Below are positions 10,501 through 21,717 of a DNA stretch of 47,504 nucleotides, piece after piece. Position 1 is the first letter of the stretch, and every line of letters starts with the position of its first letter. The stretch is from Methanobacteriota archaeon (GTDB taxonomy: Archaea > Thermoplasmatota > Thermoplasmata > RBG-16-68-12 > SOIM01): NCBI GenBank assembly GCA_020345725.1, contig CP070767.1, forward strand, positions 1,782,276 to 1,829,779, written 5' to 3'. Position numbers and translations under genes: made by a program. The notes under the pieces are model-generated. The model saw nothing but the letters and a program-made list of their open reading frames with translations. It was not told the DNA's origin and made no database searches.

Positions 10501-12613
10501 TGCCCCATCGATCCACCCAAGTCAGTGTTATCTTCAGGGGAACATCGTCGGACTGAACAGAAGTGGTGAATGAGGGGAACCAAGAACCAGGAGTGGCCAT
10601 TGTTCCTTCCTCCCACCTACTGGTTCTAGGAACAGGTGGAAAGAGTGAGTTTATCAGATTGACTCGCCCCCATCCCTGATCGTATCCAGGATACTCATAG
10701 AGGGCCTCATCCATCCTGACCGCGCCGTTGACCATCAGAGCCTTGACCAGCTGGGAGTTGATCGCATAAGGATCGGAGTATCCAGCAATTTCTCGCAGGT
10801 ACTCTCTAACCAACAGTGTCAGCCCCGCCATATGCGGAGAAGCGACTGAGGTTCCGTCCATGTATCTGTAATCATTTATGCCGTCCCCGTCCAGTGCGGT
10901 CGGATTGTTCTGGTTGTAGACATCCACAGTCATGATGAATGAAGGCTGGGGATTATTGATTCCCACCATCAAGTTATGTTCCCATTCACCCGGTCCCATA
11001 GGGGCGATGGATGCTGTTCCCACACTGACCATATCAGGCTTCAATCTGCACAGGCTCTGCCCAGGGCCTCCCCTGCTGCTGAAATCCGCCATAATGTTGG
11101 GGTTGTCTGCCTGGAACCAATCCGGTCGGAAGTTCAAAGAAGCCCCTGCAGTGATACCATTCTTCGCTTGTGATCCAGGACCAAGAGTATTCAAGTCCGG
11201 TCCTTCATTGGAAGCAGCAAACACAACCAACCTGTTGTTCTCTGCGTCCATTCTCATATCGGCCGCAGGTGAAGATCCACCGTAATCCCCGGGGTTCCTG
11301 CCATAGCTGTTGGAATAGACATGGGCACCATCCACATATTGAGAGTCCCAGTACGAGGGGTCAGCGGCTAGCCCACCAAGGCCTTGGACGCCGTCCATTG
11401 AGAGCATTGCCTCGGGAGCCATGCCCACTCCCTCGGAGTTCTCCCAATTAGCATCATTAGTCGGATAACCGCGAGCATATTCCCAGGCGAATCCATTTCC
11501 AATTGCATCTCCGGCGACGTGGGTTCCATGAGCAGTTCCGCTTTGCATCCCATCGGGATTGGATCGCCCAGTTCTGTCTATATATCTGATAACCCTGTCA
11601 CCGACGGGTCCCAAGAAGAAGTCTGGATGCCCAGCGTCTTGATTACCAACGTCGAAACCTGAATCCTGTATGCCAACGACCTCGTAGATGTCGTCCGGGG
11701 TATAGTCTATGCCATCAGGTCCAGGCGATCTCCCTGTCAAGGAAGATGGCAACCCACTTCGAGCGGGATCCCAAGAGTCGAAAGCTCCCATAATCTCTGC
11801 TGCTACAACATCCTGTACTGTGGATACGCCTGTTCTATGGACTTCCATTACCTCGGGCATAGATACTACCCAAGGAAGAATCCGAGAGTCGAGATAGGCA
11901 ACCACGAAACCAGGAGAATAAGTTGTTATCACACTTGCTCCAAGGTCCACGAGTTTGGAAGAGAGTGAATCCCTCATCGAGTCATCAAAGGCCATAATTT
12001 CTACTCGAAGTCCGCCCTCTGTGTCAAGCACGTCACTTGAGATCTTGTGCCAAGGTTGGTACGCACCTACCCATTGCACGAATGGTTGCTCGCTTACCAT
12101 TGATTTGACGTCCGGGGACATCTTCACGACTGCCGAATATCTCTGAGCAAGTTTGCCAACACTCGCGCCCATGTCCTCGATGGCCACAAGCCAACCAGGC
12201 GTATAGGGTCCGATGAACTGTACTATGTAGCTCTGCCGATCCCAACCGAACCCATCCATTGCGGACGGGGCAGCTGGAACTGCCTCTGTCGTGTCAAAGA
12301 CAACATCATAAGGATACAAATCCAGAGTTCGATAGCTGTCTGAAGGTATGATGTTGAATTCATAAGCCTCCATCGCGACCAGCTCGGATTCTGTCGCCTC
12401 AACGATGTACATTCAATTGCCGTAGTTCACAAGGACATTTGTCCCTATCATTCCGAATGCTTCCGTAGAAGCATCATTCTCCAAACTAACCAAATACATA
12501 GCCTTCTCATTGGAGGTCGCCACCGAAAAAATCGAGACAGTCGACCAAACCATCAAGAGGGCTATACCCACCGCGGAAAGCGTTCTAATCGCTCTCGCTC
12601 TAGTTGAGCTCAT
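7551..12613 (-). pseudogene. Large secreted S8 (KP-43-like) subtilase, split by an in-frame TGA and a 1-nt frameshift
   Basis: SD GGAGGAGG and a signal peptide at 12613. TGA at 12413-12415 is in frame with the 1335-aa ORF, which has an intact triad (QDSG, HGTHVAG, GTSVASP). A frameshift near 8470 joins it to the 7551-8321 ORF (GWYLISFP/GWNLIGYP/PGEGYWV C-terminal domain). Confidence 0.8.
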
Positions 12614-12750
12614 TTTTGAGCCTCCTCCATATCAAGTAGTGAATAATTTCCATGGTGTCTGCCCACACCACCACTTGTTGTAATCGAGTTATGATTGTCT
12701 TATTATATATAACTTATCACATTGGTCCAATGGCGAAGAAAAACGCAGTT

Positions 12751-14169
12751 CTAGACAGTCCATTCCATGGGCGGATCTGTAGCGACTCTGTTCCCTGCCA
12801 AATCGTACGCTTCCACGTATGCTTTCACATTGTTTCCTGCGCTCACGGTGATTGTTGCCATCCAAGAATCTCCACTGATTAGAGTCATGGCTTCGCTGCT
12901 CCAAGGTGAGGCGTCTATCTGATAGTGCAGGGTTGCATTGTCCATAAGTATCAGATTGGTGATGTTCGCATACAATTTGGGATTGGCGGGATTGTCATCA
13001 TCTCTGTAGAAGGTCTCAATTGCGGGTACGCTGAAGTAAGGATGGTTCAAAATTGCGAACCCTCTTCCAGAAGCTGAAATGCCCTCAATTATGCCACTGA
13101 TGACAACGGACCCTTCCCAGTGGAATCCGTCCAACTGATTTGAAGAGGAAGTTGACAAAGAGATATGAGTCCCGACTCCGGTCAGATGGAAATCCCATTG
13201 TGAGGGCAGGCAGCGTTCGGTGGAAGGTAGGAATCGTGGATCTACCCAGTACCTGAGAATATCGACCGTGTAGTCGGCAAGTTCCAGCTTGATAATCTGT
13301 TCGTTCGGTTTTGAGTAGTAGGCTATTTCTTTGAAGATACCTCCACTCGTCGGATCGTAGAACCTGAGGATGTGCAATTCGCTCGCAGTGGAGAGATGAA
13401 ACCTGTATTCCTCCATATCGAAAAGAGTCCATCCACCCCAATGATGCTGTATCCAGGCGTATCCATTCACCGTGTGAGTCTGATCTGAGAACTCCAGCGT
13501 TCCAGTGACCGTCAGTCTTGTAATCGAATAACCTCTAATGGTTCCGTACGTTTTGGTCTCGTTCTTCAGTAGAACCGTCCCGTTTTCCCCAAGAAGTATG
13601 GGATCCTTCATGGAAGTCATTTGCACATTTAGATCGTAGACCTCTGCTCCTCCTTTCTCCATTCGCCCTCTATAATCATAGTCAAACCCAGTGGCGTATT
13701 CTCCATTCCAGGTGTCAGTTTCGTATGGTGATACAAAGGTCAGATTGAGCTTTTCGTATCCAATCATGAGACTTCCATCATGCTCAGCAGCGTAAAACTC
13801 CTGTCCCGAGATATTCCCCTCATCTGTCAATGAGGCGAATCTCTTCTGATCGCCGTTCTCATATATTGCATAGTCAACATTTACTGCAAACTTGTCTCCA
13901 CCTAGATTCTGAAGTAGGAAGTCGACCTTCCAGAACTCGTAACTATCATTGTGTTGCCCCTCGTCCCTTGGGAATTCGATCTCAAACTTAGGTGGTGTGA
14001 TTTGATCATCAGGTCCAGGCTGAGTGAGATACAGGCCTGCAAGTGCTGAGGCGAAAACCAGCGCTATGACGATGAAAGCAGCGACGAGAGCCTTCCGCTT
14101 CCTAGCCCTTTCTTCTTCCTTCTTCTTCAACTCGGTATACTTCTTTCCTTTCTTCCCCCGATGAGCCAT
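12751..14169 (-). CDS. Membrane-anchored AttH/CrtC-like (lipocalin-like) protein
   Basis: Basic N-terminus plus TM helix; FPRDEGQH...EFW, YSITRL and GYAWIQHHWG resemble AttH-family motifs. Confidence 0.65.
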   Translation of the reverse strand: MAHRGKKGKKYTELKKKEEERARKRKALVAAFIVIALVFASALAGLYLTQPGPDDQITPPKFEIEFPRDEGQHNDSYEFWKVDFLLQNLGGDKFAVNVDYAIYENGDQKRFASLTDEGNISGQEFYAAEHDGSLMIGYEKLNLTFVSPYETDTWNGEYATGFDYDYRGRMEKGGAEVYDLNVQMTSMKDPILLGENGTVLLKNETKTYGTIRGYSITRLTVTGTLEFSDQTHTVNGYAWIQHHWGGWTLFDMEEYRFHLSTASELHILRFYDPTSGGIFKEIAYYSKPNEQIIKLELADYTVDILRYWVDPRFLPSTERCLPSQWDFHLTGVGTHISLSTSSSNQLDGFHWEGSVVISGIIEGISASGRGFAILNHPYFSVPAIETFYRDDDNPANPKLYANITNLILMDNATLHYQIDASPWSSEAMTLISGDSWMATITVSAGNNVKAYVEAYDLAGNRVATDPPMEWTV

Positions 14170-14327
14170 AGTGCACCTTTTTGTGTTATTTTATACGAGT
14201 GTTGCTATATAAGTATTTTCAATGCCTACGAATAGCCAAATCAATACAAATGGCTTTACAACAAAATATAAATAAACGGCGAAACATGACTTTAATTGTC
14301 ATTAATCTGACCTGGAGAGGTTATCCT

Positions 14328-17300
14328 ATGGCAAAGGATGTGAGGAGGCAATTGTGGGGCGCAATTTTGGCTGCGGTCTTGATGGTTTTGATGACGTTCT
14401 CAACTCTTGCAGCCCCCTCGACGCCTTCTATTAGTGAGCTAGAAGAAGATGTAGATACGATTCTTGAGGAGATCACACCAGATATGGAGTCAGAAGATGC
14501 AGAGATCTCCGAGAAGACAATTGGACCCGAAATGACTGATCTTGAATATCCAGACGTGTACTATCCGAGCGGTCTTGAAATGAAGGAACCTCTTGGTGAT
14601 GAGCCTGCTGAGACTCAATCGAATGGGCTATTGGATTATCAAGGTGTTCAAGGTGCATGGGCCCAGGGTGTCAATGGTTCTGGAGTCAACGTAGCCCTGA
14701 TTGATACTGGGATAGACCTTGGACATCCTGACCTTATCGGAACGTACGCGATCGATGAGAGGGTTCTAGGTCAAGTCACGAACGAGGTTGTTGTTCAGGG
14801 AGCTTCAAGTCAAGGCGTAGATGTGGCCAATCTCGCACATGACTATGTCATGAACTATGCAATCAAGAGAAATGGAACGGGTATGACCGAGTTTGCGGAT
14901 TACACTCTATACCCAGGAAACGGAACGATCATCTTCACACCGACCTTGGGGTCCAACATGGAGATAACCGCGGATTACACGTATACCTCTCCGTATTACG
15001 GATGGCCTATTGCTTTTGATCCGGTATCCATGTCCAATTTCCTGGAGCAGAATCACACCAGAGATACCTGGTTTGCGAACACAACCCAGGTCGGCCCAGG
15101 ACCATTTGAGTATTCCCACACTTTGATAGTTGACGGAGAGACTGAATTCGGAGGTACCTACGAGAAATGGGGGACAGACCCACAAGAGAAATCAGCCACA
15201 CTGCCGGGTGGGAACAAGGAAGACTTCGATTTGACCTCATTGAACTTGACCTATGATAAGGATTATTGGTACGTAGGGTTCGATACTTGGATGAGAGTCA
15301 CAACCGAGAACGCGTCTATAGAGGAGTTCGTGCCCCATGCGCTTTTCGGAGTCATGTTCGATGTTGACAACGAAACAGGAGGAACGACAACCGTTCCTGA
15401 AGGAAAGTTGATCGATACTAACACATCACACGGTGATGACGTATTGGATGCTGAGATTAGCCCTGACGGTACAATGGTTGCAACCGCTTCCAGAGATGGA
15501 CTTGTCAGAATTTGGTTCACTTCTAATGCGACCAGGATAAAGACGCTGTATGGCCATGATGCCAGCAATCCACCTTTTTCAGTTGCTTGGTCACCTGACA
15601 GTACCAAGATTGCGAGCCTCTCTGACGACAAATTGTTTGTCTGGAATACTCTTGACTGGGGAAACCCTTGGGGGAAGTCTGCTACAGTCTCTAGCTCAGG
15701 AGATGCACTCGGAGACTACGGAATTTACGGCCTTGCTTCAATACTTGATTTCAGTCCCAACGGAACTACGGTGGCATACGGAGGTAACAATATTGGCGGT
15801 GTATTTAGAAGCGTAGTCAACTTCTACGACTACGCTACTGGCTACAGTTATCACATGGTTCTGAGTGATGGAGCTGAATTCGTCCAGAGTGTCGCATTCA
15901 ATCCTTCAAATGCAGATGAAATTGCGGCAAATGTGATTTTCCATTTTATTCCACCAGGAACCCTCATTGAAAATGACATAGGTATATACGACCTCTCGAC
16001 AGCATCACTCAATACCGGAACTGGCACAACCGTGACCGTCGGAACATACCTGGATGGGCACAGCCCAAATTCGATTGTGAACTCTGTTGCATGGTCCCCA
16101 AATGGACAAAGGCTTGTCTCCGGGAGTGAAGACAATACAGTCAAGGTCTGGTTGTCTGACGGTACCAACATCGCCACAATCAATGTCGGGAAGATAGTCA
16201 CATGTGTGGATTGGTCTCCCTCACCACTCAACAAGATAGTGTATTCCACAGTTAGATCTGGGTCCCCTGCAAGCGCCCTGCTTGCCACAGCCGATGAGAA
16301 TGGCAATCCCATCGACAGTGATTCAATCAGACTCGACTATTACTCGGCGAAGTGGTCACCTCTTGCTGGTGACGACTTGCTAGTCACAGCCTCAGCCGAT
16401 TTCTCCGCCCGACTGTGGTACGATGATTTCACACTTGTCAGAGTGCTCGTAGCCCAGAAACCCGATTACGCTTTGTATGTTGAGGGTGGAGGAAGATGGA
16501 ACCAGAAGGACGAGAAATGGGAACCTGGTTTCAACTCAACCAGATTCTACACATGGAACGACGCAACTGGTTGGACTTATGTTGTCCTCTCCAATCTGAC
16601 CACGGAACAGATAGAGGCAAGCCAGAATTGGGGAGGCTCACAGTTTATAGAAGTCGCGATTCCAAGAAGTCTCCTAGGTAATCCTGTATCAATGGCAGTG
16701 GAAATGTTCTCGGCACCTCACAATGACACTCATCATGCTCAGGACTCCGTCCCCGAGGATCGGAATGTATTCGACATTCCGGAGAGAGGAGCAGAGGCCA
16801 AAAATGGAATAGACTGGCTCCCAATAGTCACCTCCCTGAGCACCTTCACATGGAAAGAAATCAAGTACTACTACACCAACGTTTCCCTATCCAAATCAGG
16901 GGTCTTCCACTTCGGCTTCCATCCCTCACCACACATCATACAGAAGAAGGGAGCGGTTGGCGTTCTAGTGGTGGATTCCAAGAGACCATTCGACTACGAT
17001 ACCGTCTATGTGGATTTGAACATTGACAATGTTTTCGATAGTCAGGATGTCATCTTGACGAGAGATTCTCCCACAGCCACGGTGGATGAGGTTTTGCCTT
17101 TGGATGGGATTCCAGATACCTCTGCCGGGATCATGTACTACATGTCGGACGGATTCACACCGATTCCATATTCTGAGAAATACACCGAGAGGAGACAAGC
17201 GACCGAACAGGACTTCAGGAACGTCATACCTCTGAACGGGGACATGGTTGCTTTCATCGGAGAGTTCTTCATTGACGAGGACACGGGAGAGAAGGCAGAG

Positions 17301-20300
17301 CACGGGACGGCCATGGCTTCGGTAATCGCCGCTCAGGGCGTCATAGGGGCTACGCCGGATGAGAAAATAATGGGTGTTGCACCGGGGGCCAAGTTCATAA
17401 TTCTTGCCAACACAAGGGATGAGATAGAGCACTCCTGGAACTTCGCGGTGGAAGGTTATGACGGCAAGATAGCCACTGGAGATGAAGCCCAGATAATACT
17501 CAATGCGTTCAACTATCCAAGAGTCGTGGAAAAGGGCTGGGATCGCTATTCCAGAAAAGTGGACGAGATGTCGATGGTATATGGCAAGGAAAAGAACATC
17601 TTCGTCGGACCGGCCGGAGATTATGGTTGGGGTTACGGAACAGTTGCCTCACCGAACGCTGCTCCAGGTACCGTAACGGTGGGCAGGGCGAGCGACTTCT
17701 CCTATTGGGCAGGAGGGCTTGAAGGACCGAATCCGCACTATGGTGATGTTGAGATATCCTCTTCGAGAGGACCGACTCCGGTAGGCATTTCCAAGCCAGA
17801 TGTAGTTGCCATTGGCTCAGGAAGAATCGATATTCCGCTCTTCAATAAGATGGTCTCTGATGGTACGACCGCAAAACAACTTGTTCCAACCAAAGGTTCG
17901 GACATCTCGGCAGCATCCGTGACAGGCGTCCTGGCGCTGATATATGAAGCTTACAAATCGAAGCATGGTGTCATCCCCACCGCTACCGAAGCAAAGGAAA
18001 TACTGATGTCCGGAGCGGATGATATCAGCTATGACACGCTATCTCAGGGTGCTGGATTCGTGAATGCCACAAGAAGTGTCTCAATAGCCCTGGGCAATGG
18101 AGGGTTGGCCGTCTCACCATCGACTTTCTCTTACGGTTATTTCCTCGGTAAGAGATATCCATCGTTCGCCAACATTCTCGCTGCTGGGGACACGGATGTC
18201 AAGCAGTTCACGCTTGAGAACAGTGGAAGCACTCCGACGAGTGCAGTTGTGAGCACGACCATCTTCAACAACACTGGGTATTACAATTTCACAACCAACA
18301 ACACTGTGGACACATACGCAACAGATGGAGAGATAATATTCTGGATCAACTCATCTGGAGTGTGGAAGGTAAAGGATGAAGGAATGGGCGTCTATAACGT
18401 AACTAGCCAGGTAACTCCCTACGACGCGAGTCTGTGGAATAACGCAGATTTGGTGAAGATCACTGCCTACAGTTCCTATGAAATGATGGTGAAGCTTGGA
18501 GGCGTTTCTCCCACAGGGCGCAAGACGTACGTCCAGAACTACTCATTCACAATGAAGGTCTATGATTGGAACAATGTCAGTATCGATCCATTCCCGAACC
18601 CTGAGGCATATCCAACAGAGCTCAACACAATAGCAGAGGTGCACAGCGAAGCGAACTACGTATTGGGCGTAGACCCGATGACAAACTACTTTGAGGCAAG
18701 GATTCACGATCCTGCAGCAAGGATTGATGATGGGCTCGTGGTCGTCATAGAGCCTTGGGATGAGAGGCCCGATGAGGATTATACGTGGGAGATCTTGATC
18801 GAGACATATGAGAAGGTCAACTGGCCTTGGCTGAATATCACTCCAATAACACCCATAAACATACCAGCATCAGGACAGGCCACCTTTGACGCGACCATGC
18901 GAGTACCCACGAACGCAATGGTCGGTTCGTACGAAGGAGCCATCACAGTAGCCGATACTGGAAGCGGGAAGAACATCACAATACCCATCCTCGTGAACGT
19001 GGCAATGAACTCACCCAATGTGAGATTCGGAGGGGTCAACGGCACATCAGATCTTTATGACAACAACAGGATCTTCGGAGGATACGAGAAAGGCATGAGG
19101 GGATCTACCAGGCTAGCTAGGCCCTATACTGGCGACTGGAGGTTCTATTACTTCAACATCCCAGATGCCGGATTCTTCAAGAGTGCTGGACTGAAACTGT
19201 GGATAGAGGGAAATTGGACGCTCAAGCCTTCGGACATGGACTTCTACATACTCGGATACAGGGCTCCCAACGAGAACGTGACAAGATACGGGCCATACTA
19301 TCTGGGAGTTCTCGGGAAGAGCGAGGAGGCCAGGGAACCGGGATTCGAAACGAACACCAACGAAAGTTCGGAAGTGATAGCGTTCGATATGAAGACTGGA
19401 ATCAATGTTCTCGCACTGCATGGTGTCATACTCAACGGCAGCAAGCCATTTGAGTTCGTATTTGGTGGAGGCGGAGGATGGATCCAGGTCACTCCTCCGG
19501 AAATCAGAGAACGAAGAAGCGTGAGATACGGGCAGAAAGATCTGAGAATCATTTCCAATATGGACTTCACGGAAGGGATGACAGCTTCGGCTGTTGGTCC
19601 TGCTATAACAGAGAGCTACAGGGAAGTGGAAATCGAGCAAGACTACCAGACCTGGTGGCAGTTCGACAACTGGGGCGAGTACCTGATGAGAGGCAGCTAC
19701 ACCTGGATCATCAATGTCTCCAATGCCTACATCCTGGACGTCCACATAGTCGGAGATGACAAGGCTCCAGATCTGGACTTAGGTGTCTTCACCGATGAGA
19801 ACTTGGACGGAGAGCTGGAACTCGAAGAAGTCAAGGACATCTATTGCGTTAAGATAGGCGGAACGAAATGGGATTACGATGCGGACGCAGATGCTGACGA
19901 AAGGGTAGTTTGGATACAACCTCCAGACGGACAATACATAATCAAGGTCTTAGGATTCGACATTAACGGAAAATTCGGCCATTTCGACATTGACATTGCA
20001 ATCACACTGGGATCAGGAGAGGAAGGATACACCATCGCAGGTACTGGACCTGACGACATCATTATCGGAACAGAAGGAGGGCTCTTGCGTCTCACACCCG
20101 TGGGAGTGACCATGCATTGGAATCTCCAAGGAAGCACGCCACCAGGAGAATATGGAGGAGCGGTGATGATTGGTACACCACAGGCGCCTACCATAGTCAT
20201 CGTACCCGTCACAATAATATACGACCCAGATCCACCAGAGATCATCAGCTTTGCTCTCAGTGCCACCGGATATGAGATCGAGGTGATGACCAATAGAACG

Positions 20301-21632
20301 ACCAATCACCCGCGGCCCACTTTACAGGTGGGTCTGGCGGATCCCACTAGAGGTGAGCTTGATTGGCGAACCATAGGCATATACCTTGACGGAGTGAACA
20401 TCACCTCCCAGTCCCTGATAAGTCTGCCATTTGGAGAATGGGAAGGTAAGTTTGGATATTGGGACGGAACAATCACCTACACTCCACCAGAAAGATTGGT
20501 GAATGGGATCCACACTCTAGATGTCAGAGTTGGAGATTTGACGGGTAATACTATCGATGCAAACTTCACATTTGTCATAGACACGCAACCCCCATTCATA
20601 AATCTCATAGGGCCTTCGATATACTCAACGCGCCAGCCTACAGCGATCGTCAGCGGTCAGACCGAGGCCGAGAAGAACGTCGTGATCAGAGAGCTGGAGC
20701 TGGTGGCAGATGAGAGCGGTTACTTCCAAGCAGAGATAGCGCTGGTAGAGGGAGAGAACCGGATAGATGTGACTGCCATAGACTGGTTCGGAAAGACCGT
20801 TGCAGGGGACATAGTCAGATCGAATCCAAATTCAGTGATACAGACCATCATCTACGATCTGGAGGACCCGGTCCTGACCGGAGTCAGATTCCAGGAAGGC
20901 ACCCTCACAAACCAAGATCATGGCACGTTGGGTGGAACAGTGGAGGAATACATAGCCGAAGGAACCACATACGACCCGAGGACTGTCACTCTGAAGATAA
21001 ACGGAGAAGAAGTGGAAATCCACTATAACGGGATGTTCAGCAGAGTATTGACCCTTAACGAAGGACATAACACCTTCCTCCTGGAGGCAACAGACGCGGC
21101 AGGGAACAGCGTATCAATGTACAAGAACATCACAAGGGACACGGCACCACCGTCCTTAATCCTTGACGAAGTACCATCCTCCACTGAGGATGCTGAAGTG
21201 GTAATCTCTGGAACTGTAGATCCGGGATCGATACTGACAATCAACGGCAAGTTCGTGAGCACGGCAGGCGGGACGTTCGAGGACACGGTGGCGTTGCAGC
21301 CTGGACCCAATGTGATTTACATGGAAGCGGCCGATTCCGCAGACAACGTCAGGAGCTTGCAGGTCGTCATTGTCAGAGAGACGGGAGACATTCTCCCTTA
21401 CATCATAATGGCGGTCCTCATAATAGTGGGACTGCTCCTTGGATACCTAGTCGGGTCGCGGATGAGAAGAGGGGAAATCGAACCCGGCGAGGAAGAGGTT
21501 GAGGAGGAGGTTCTGGCTGAGGAACCTACCGAAGAGGAAGCTGAGGAAGTCCTCGAGGCCGAGGCTCTGGTCGAAGAAGAAGACATGGTCGAAGTAGGAG
21601 CCCAGGAAGAATTGATAGAAGAAGAGGTTTGA
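14328..21632 (+). CDS. Giant membrane-anchored S8 subtilase homologue with WD40 insert and Ig-like repeats
   Basis: SD GGAGAGG before ATG 14328; signal peptide; IDTGID, EHGTAMAS, SSRGP, KPDVVA and QGAGFVN motifs; WD40 repeats ~15430-16430; C-terminal TM helix and acidic tail. Confidence 0.85.
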   Translation: MAKDVRRQLWGAILAAVLMVLMTFSTLAAPSTPSISELEEDVDTILEEITPDMESEDAEISEKTIGPEMTDLEYPDVYYPSGLEMKEPLGDEPAETQSNGLLDYQGVQGAWAQGVNGSGVNVALIDTGIDLGHPDLIGTYAIDERVLGQVTNEVVVQGASSQGVDVANLAHDYVMNYAIKRNGTGMTEFADYTLYPGNGTIIFTPTLGSNMEITADYTYTSPYYGWPIAFDPVSMSNFLEQNHTRDTWFANTTQVGPGPFEYSHTLIVDGETEFGGTYEKWGTDPQEKSATLPGGNKEDFDLTSLNLTYDKDYWYVGFDTWMRVTTENASIEEFVPHALFGVMFDVDNETGGTTTVPEGKLIDTNTSHGDDVLDAEISPDGTMVATASRDGLVRIWFTSNATRIKTLYGHDASNPPFSVAWSPDSTKIASLSDDKLFVWNTLDWGNPWGKSATVSSSGDALGDYGIYGLASILDFSPNGTTVAYGGNNIGGVFRSVVNFYDYATGYSYHMVLSDGAEFVQSVAFNPSNADEIAANVIFHFIPPGTLIENDIGIYDLSTASLNTGTGTTVTVGTYLDGHSPNSIVNSVAWSPNGQRLVSGSEDNTVKVWLSDGTNIATINVGKIVTCVDWSPSPLNKIVYSTVRSGSPASALLATADENGNPIDSDSIRLDYYSAKWSPLAGDDLLVTASADFSARLWYDDFTLVRVLVAQKPDYALYVEGGGRWNQKDEKWEPGFNSTRFYTWNDATGWTYVVLSNLTTEQIEASQNWGGSQFIEVAIPRSLLGNPVSMAVEMFSAPHNDTHHAQDSVPEDRNVFDIPERGAEAKNGIDWLPIVTSLSTFTWKEIKYYYTNVSLSKSGVFHFGFHPSPHIIQKKGAVGVLVVDSKRPFDYDTVYVDLNIDNVFDSQDVILTRDSPTATVDEVLPLDGIPDTSAGIMYYMSDGFTPIPYSEKYTERRQATEQDFRNVIPLNGDMVAFIGEFFIDEDTGEKAEHGTAMASVIAAQGVIGATPDEKIMGVAPGAKFIILANTRDEIEHSWNFAVEGYDGKIATGDEAQIILNAFNYPRVVEKGWDRYSRKVDEMSMVYGKEKNIFVGPAGDYGWGYGTVASPNAAPGTVTVGRASDFSYWAGGLEGPNPHYGDVEISSSRGPTPVGISKPDVVAIGSGRIDIPLFNKMVSDGTTAKQLVPTKGSDISAASVTGVLALIYEAYKSKHGVIPTATEAKEILMSGADDISYDTLSQGAGFVNATRSVSIALGNGGLAVSPSTFSYGYFLGKRYPSFANILAAGDTDVKQFTLENSGSTPTSAVVSTTIFNNTGYYNFTTNNTVDTYATDGEIIFWINSSGVWKVKDEGMGVYNVTSQVTPYDASLWNNADLVKITAYSSYEMMVKLGGVSPTGRKTYVQNYSFTMKVYDWNNVSIDPFPNPEAYPTELNTIAEVHSEANYVLGVDPMTNYFEARIHDPAARIDDGLVVVIEPWDERPDEDYTWEILIETYEKVNWPWLNITPITPINIPASGQATFDATMRVPTNAMVGSYEGAITVADTGSGKNITIPILVNVAMNSPNVRFGGVNGTSDLYDNNRIFGGYEKGMRGSTRLARPYTGDWRFYYFNIPDAGFFKSAGLKLWIEGNWTLKPSDMDFYILGYRAPNENVTRYGPYYLGVLGKSEEAREPGFETNTNESSEVIAFDMKTGINVLALHGVILNGSKPFEFVFGGGGGWIQVTPPEIRERRSVRYGQKDLRIISNMDFTEGMTASAVGPAITESYREVEIEQDYQTWWQFDNWGEYLMRGSYTWIINVSNAYILDVHIVGDDKAPDLDLGVFTDENLDGELELEEVKDIYCVKIGGTKWDYDADADADERVVWIQPPDGQYIIKVLGFDINGKFGHFDIDIAITLGSGEEGYTIAGTGPDDIIIGTEGGLLRLTPVGVTMHWNLQGSTPPGEYGGAVMIGTPQAPTIVIVPVTIIYDPDPPEIISFALSATGYEIEVMTNRTTNHPRPTLQVGLADPTRGELDWRTIGIYLDGVNITSQSLISLPFGEWEGKFGYWDGTITYTPPERLVNGIHTLDVRVGDLTGNTIDANFTFVIDTQPPFINLIGPSIYSTRQPTAIVSGQTEAEKNVVIRELELVADESGYFQAEIALVEGENRIDVTAIDWFGKTVAGDIVRSNPNSVIQTIIYDLEDPVLTGVRFQEGTLTNQDHGTLGGTVEEYIAEGTTYDPRTVTLKINGEEVEIHYNGMFSRVLTLNEGHNTFLLEATDAAGNSVSMYKNITRDTAPPSLILDEVPSSTEDAEVVISGTVDPGSILTINGKFVSTAGGTFEDTVALQPGPNVIYMEAADSADNVRSLQVVIVRETGDILPYIIMAVLIIVGLLLGYLVGSRMRRGEIEPGEEEVEEEVLAEEPTEEEAEEVLEAEALVEEEDMVEVGAQEELIEEEV

Positions 21633-21717
21633 TTCGGCCAGAACGCTCAATCCTACGGCTTTTGCCGACTGAAAAGAAATAATATGAATGAGGTCATTCT
21701 GCAGGAGGGTGGGCCCC

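Noticed and set aside
12413..12415. Selenocysteine or programmed readthrough at the in-frame TGA
   Set aside because: Not a Cys/redox position, no SECIS recognised, and the same gene has a second lesion
14181..14327. Upstream extensions of track ORFs (also at 26116, 29846, 24780 and 21688)
   Set aside because: They run through promoter DNA or neighbouring genes; downstream starts fit SDs or family N-termini better
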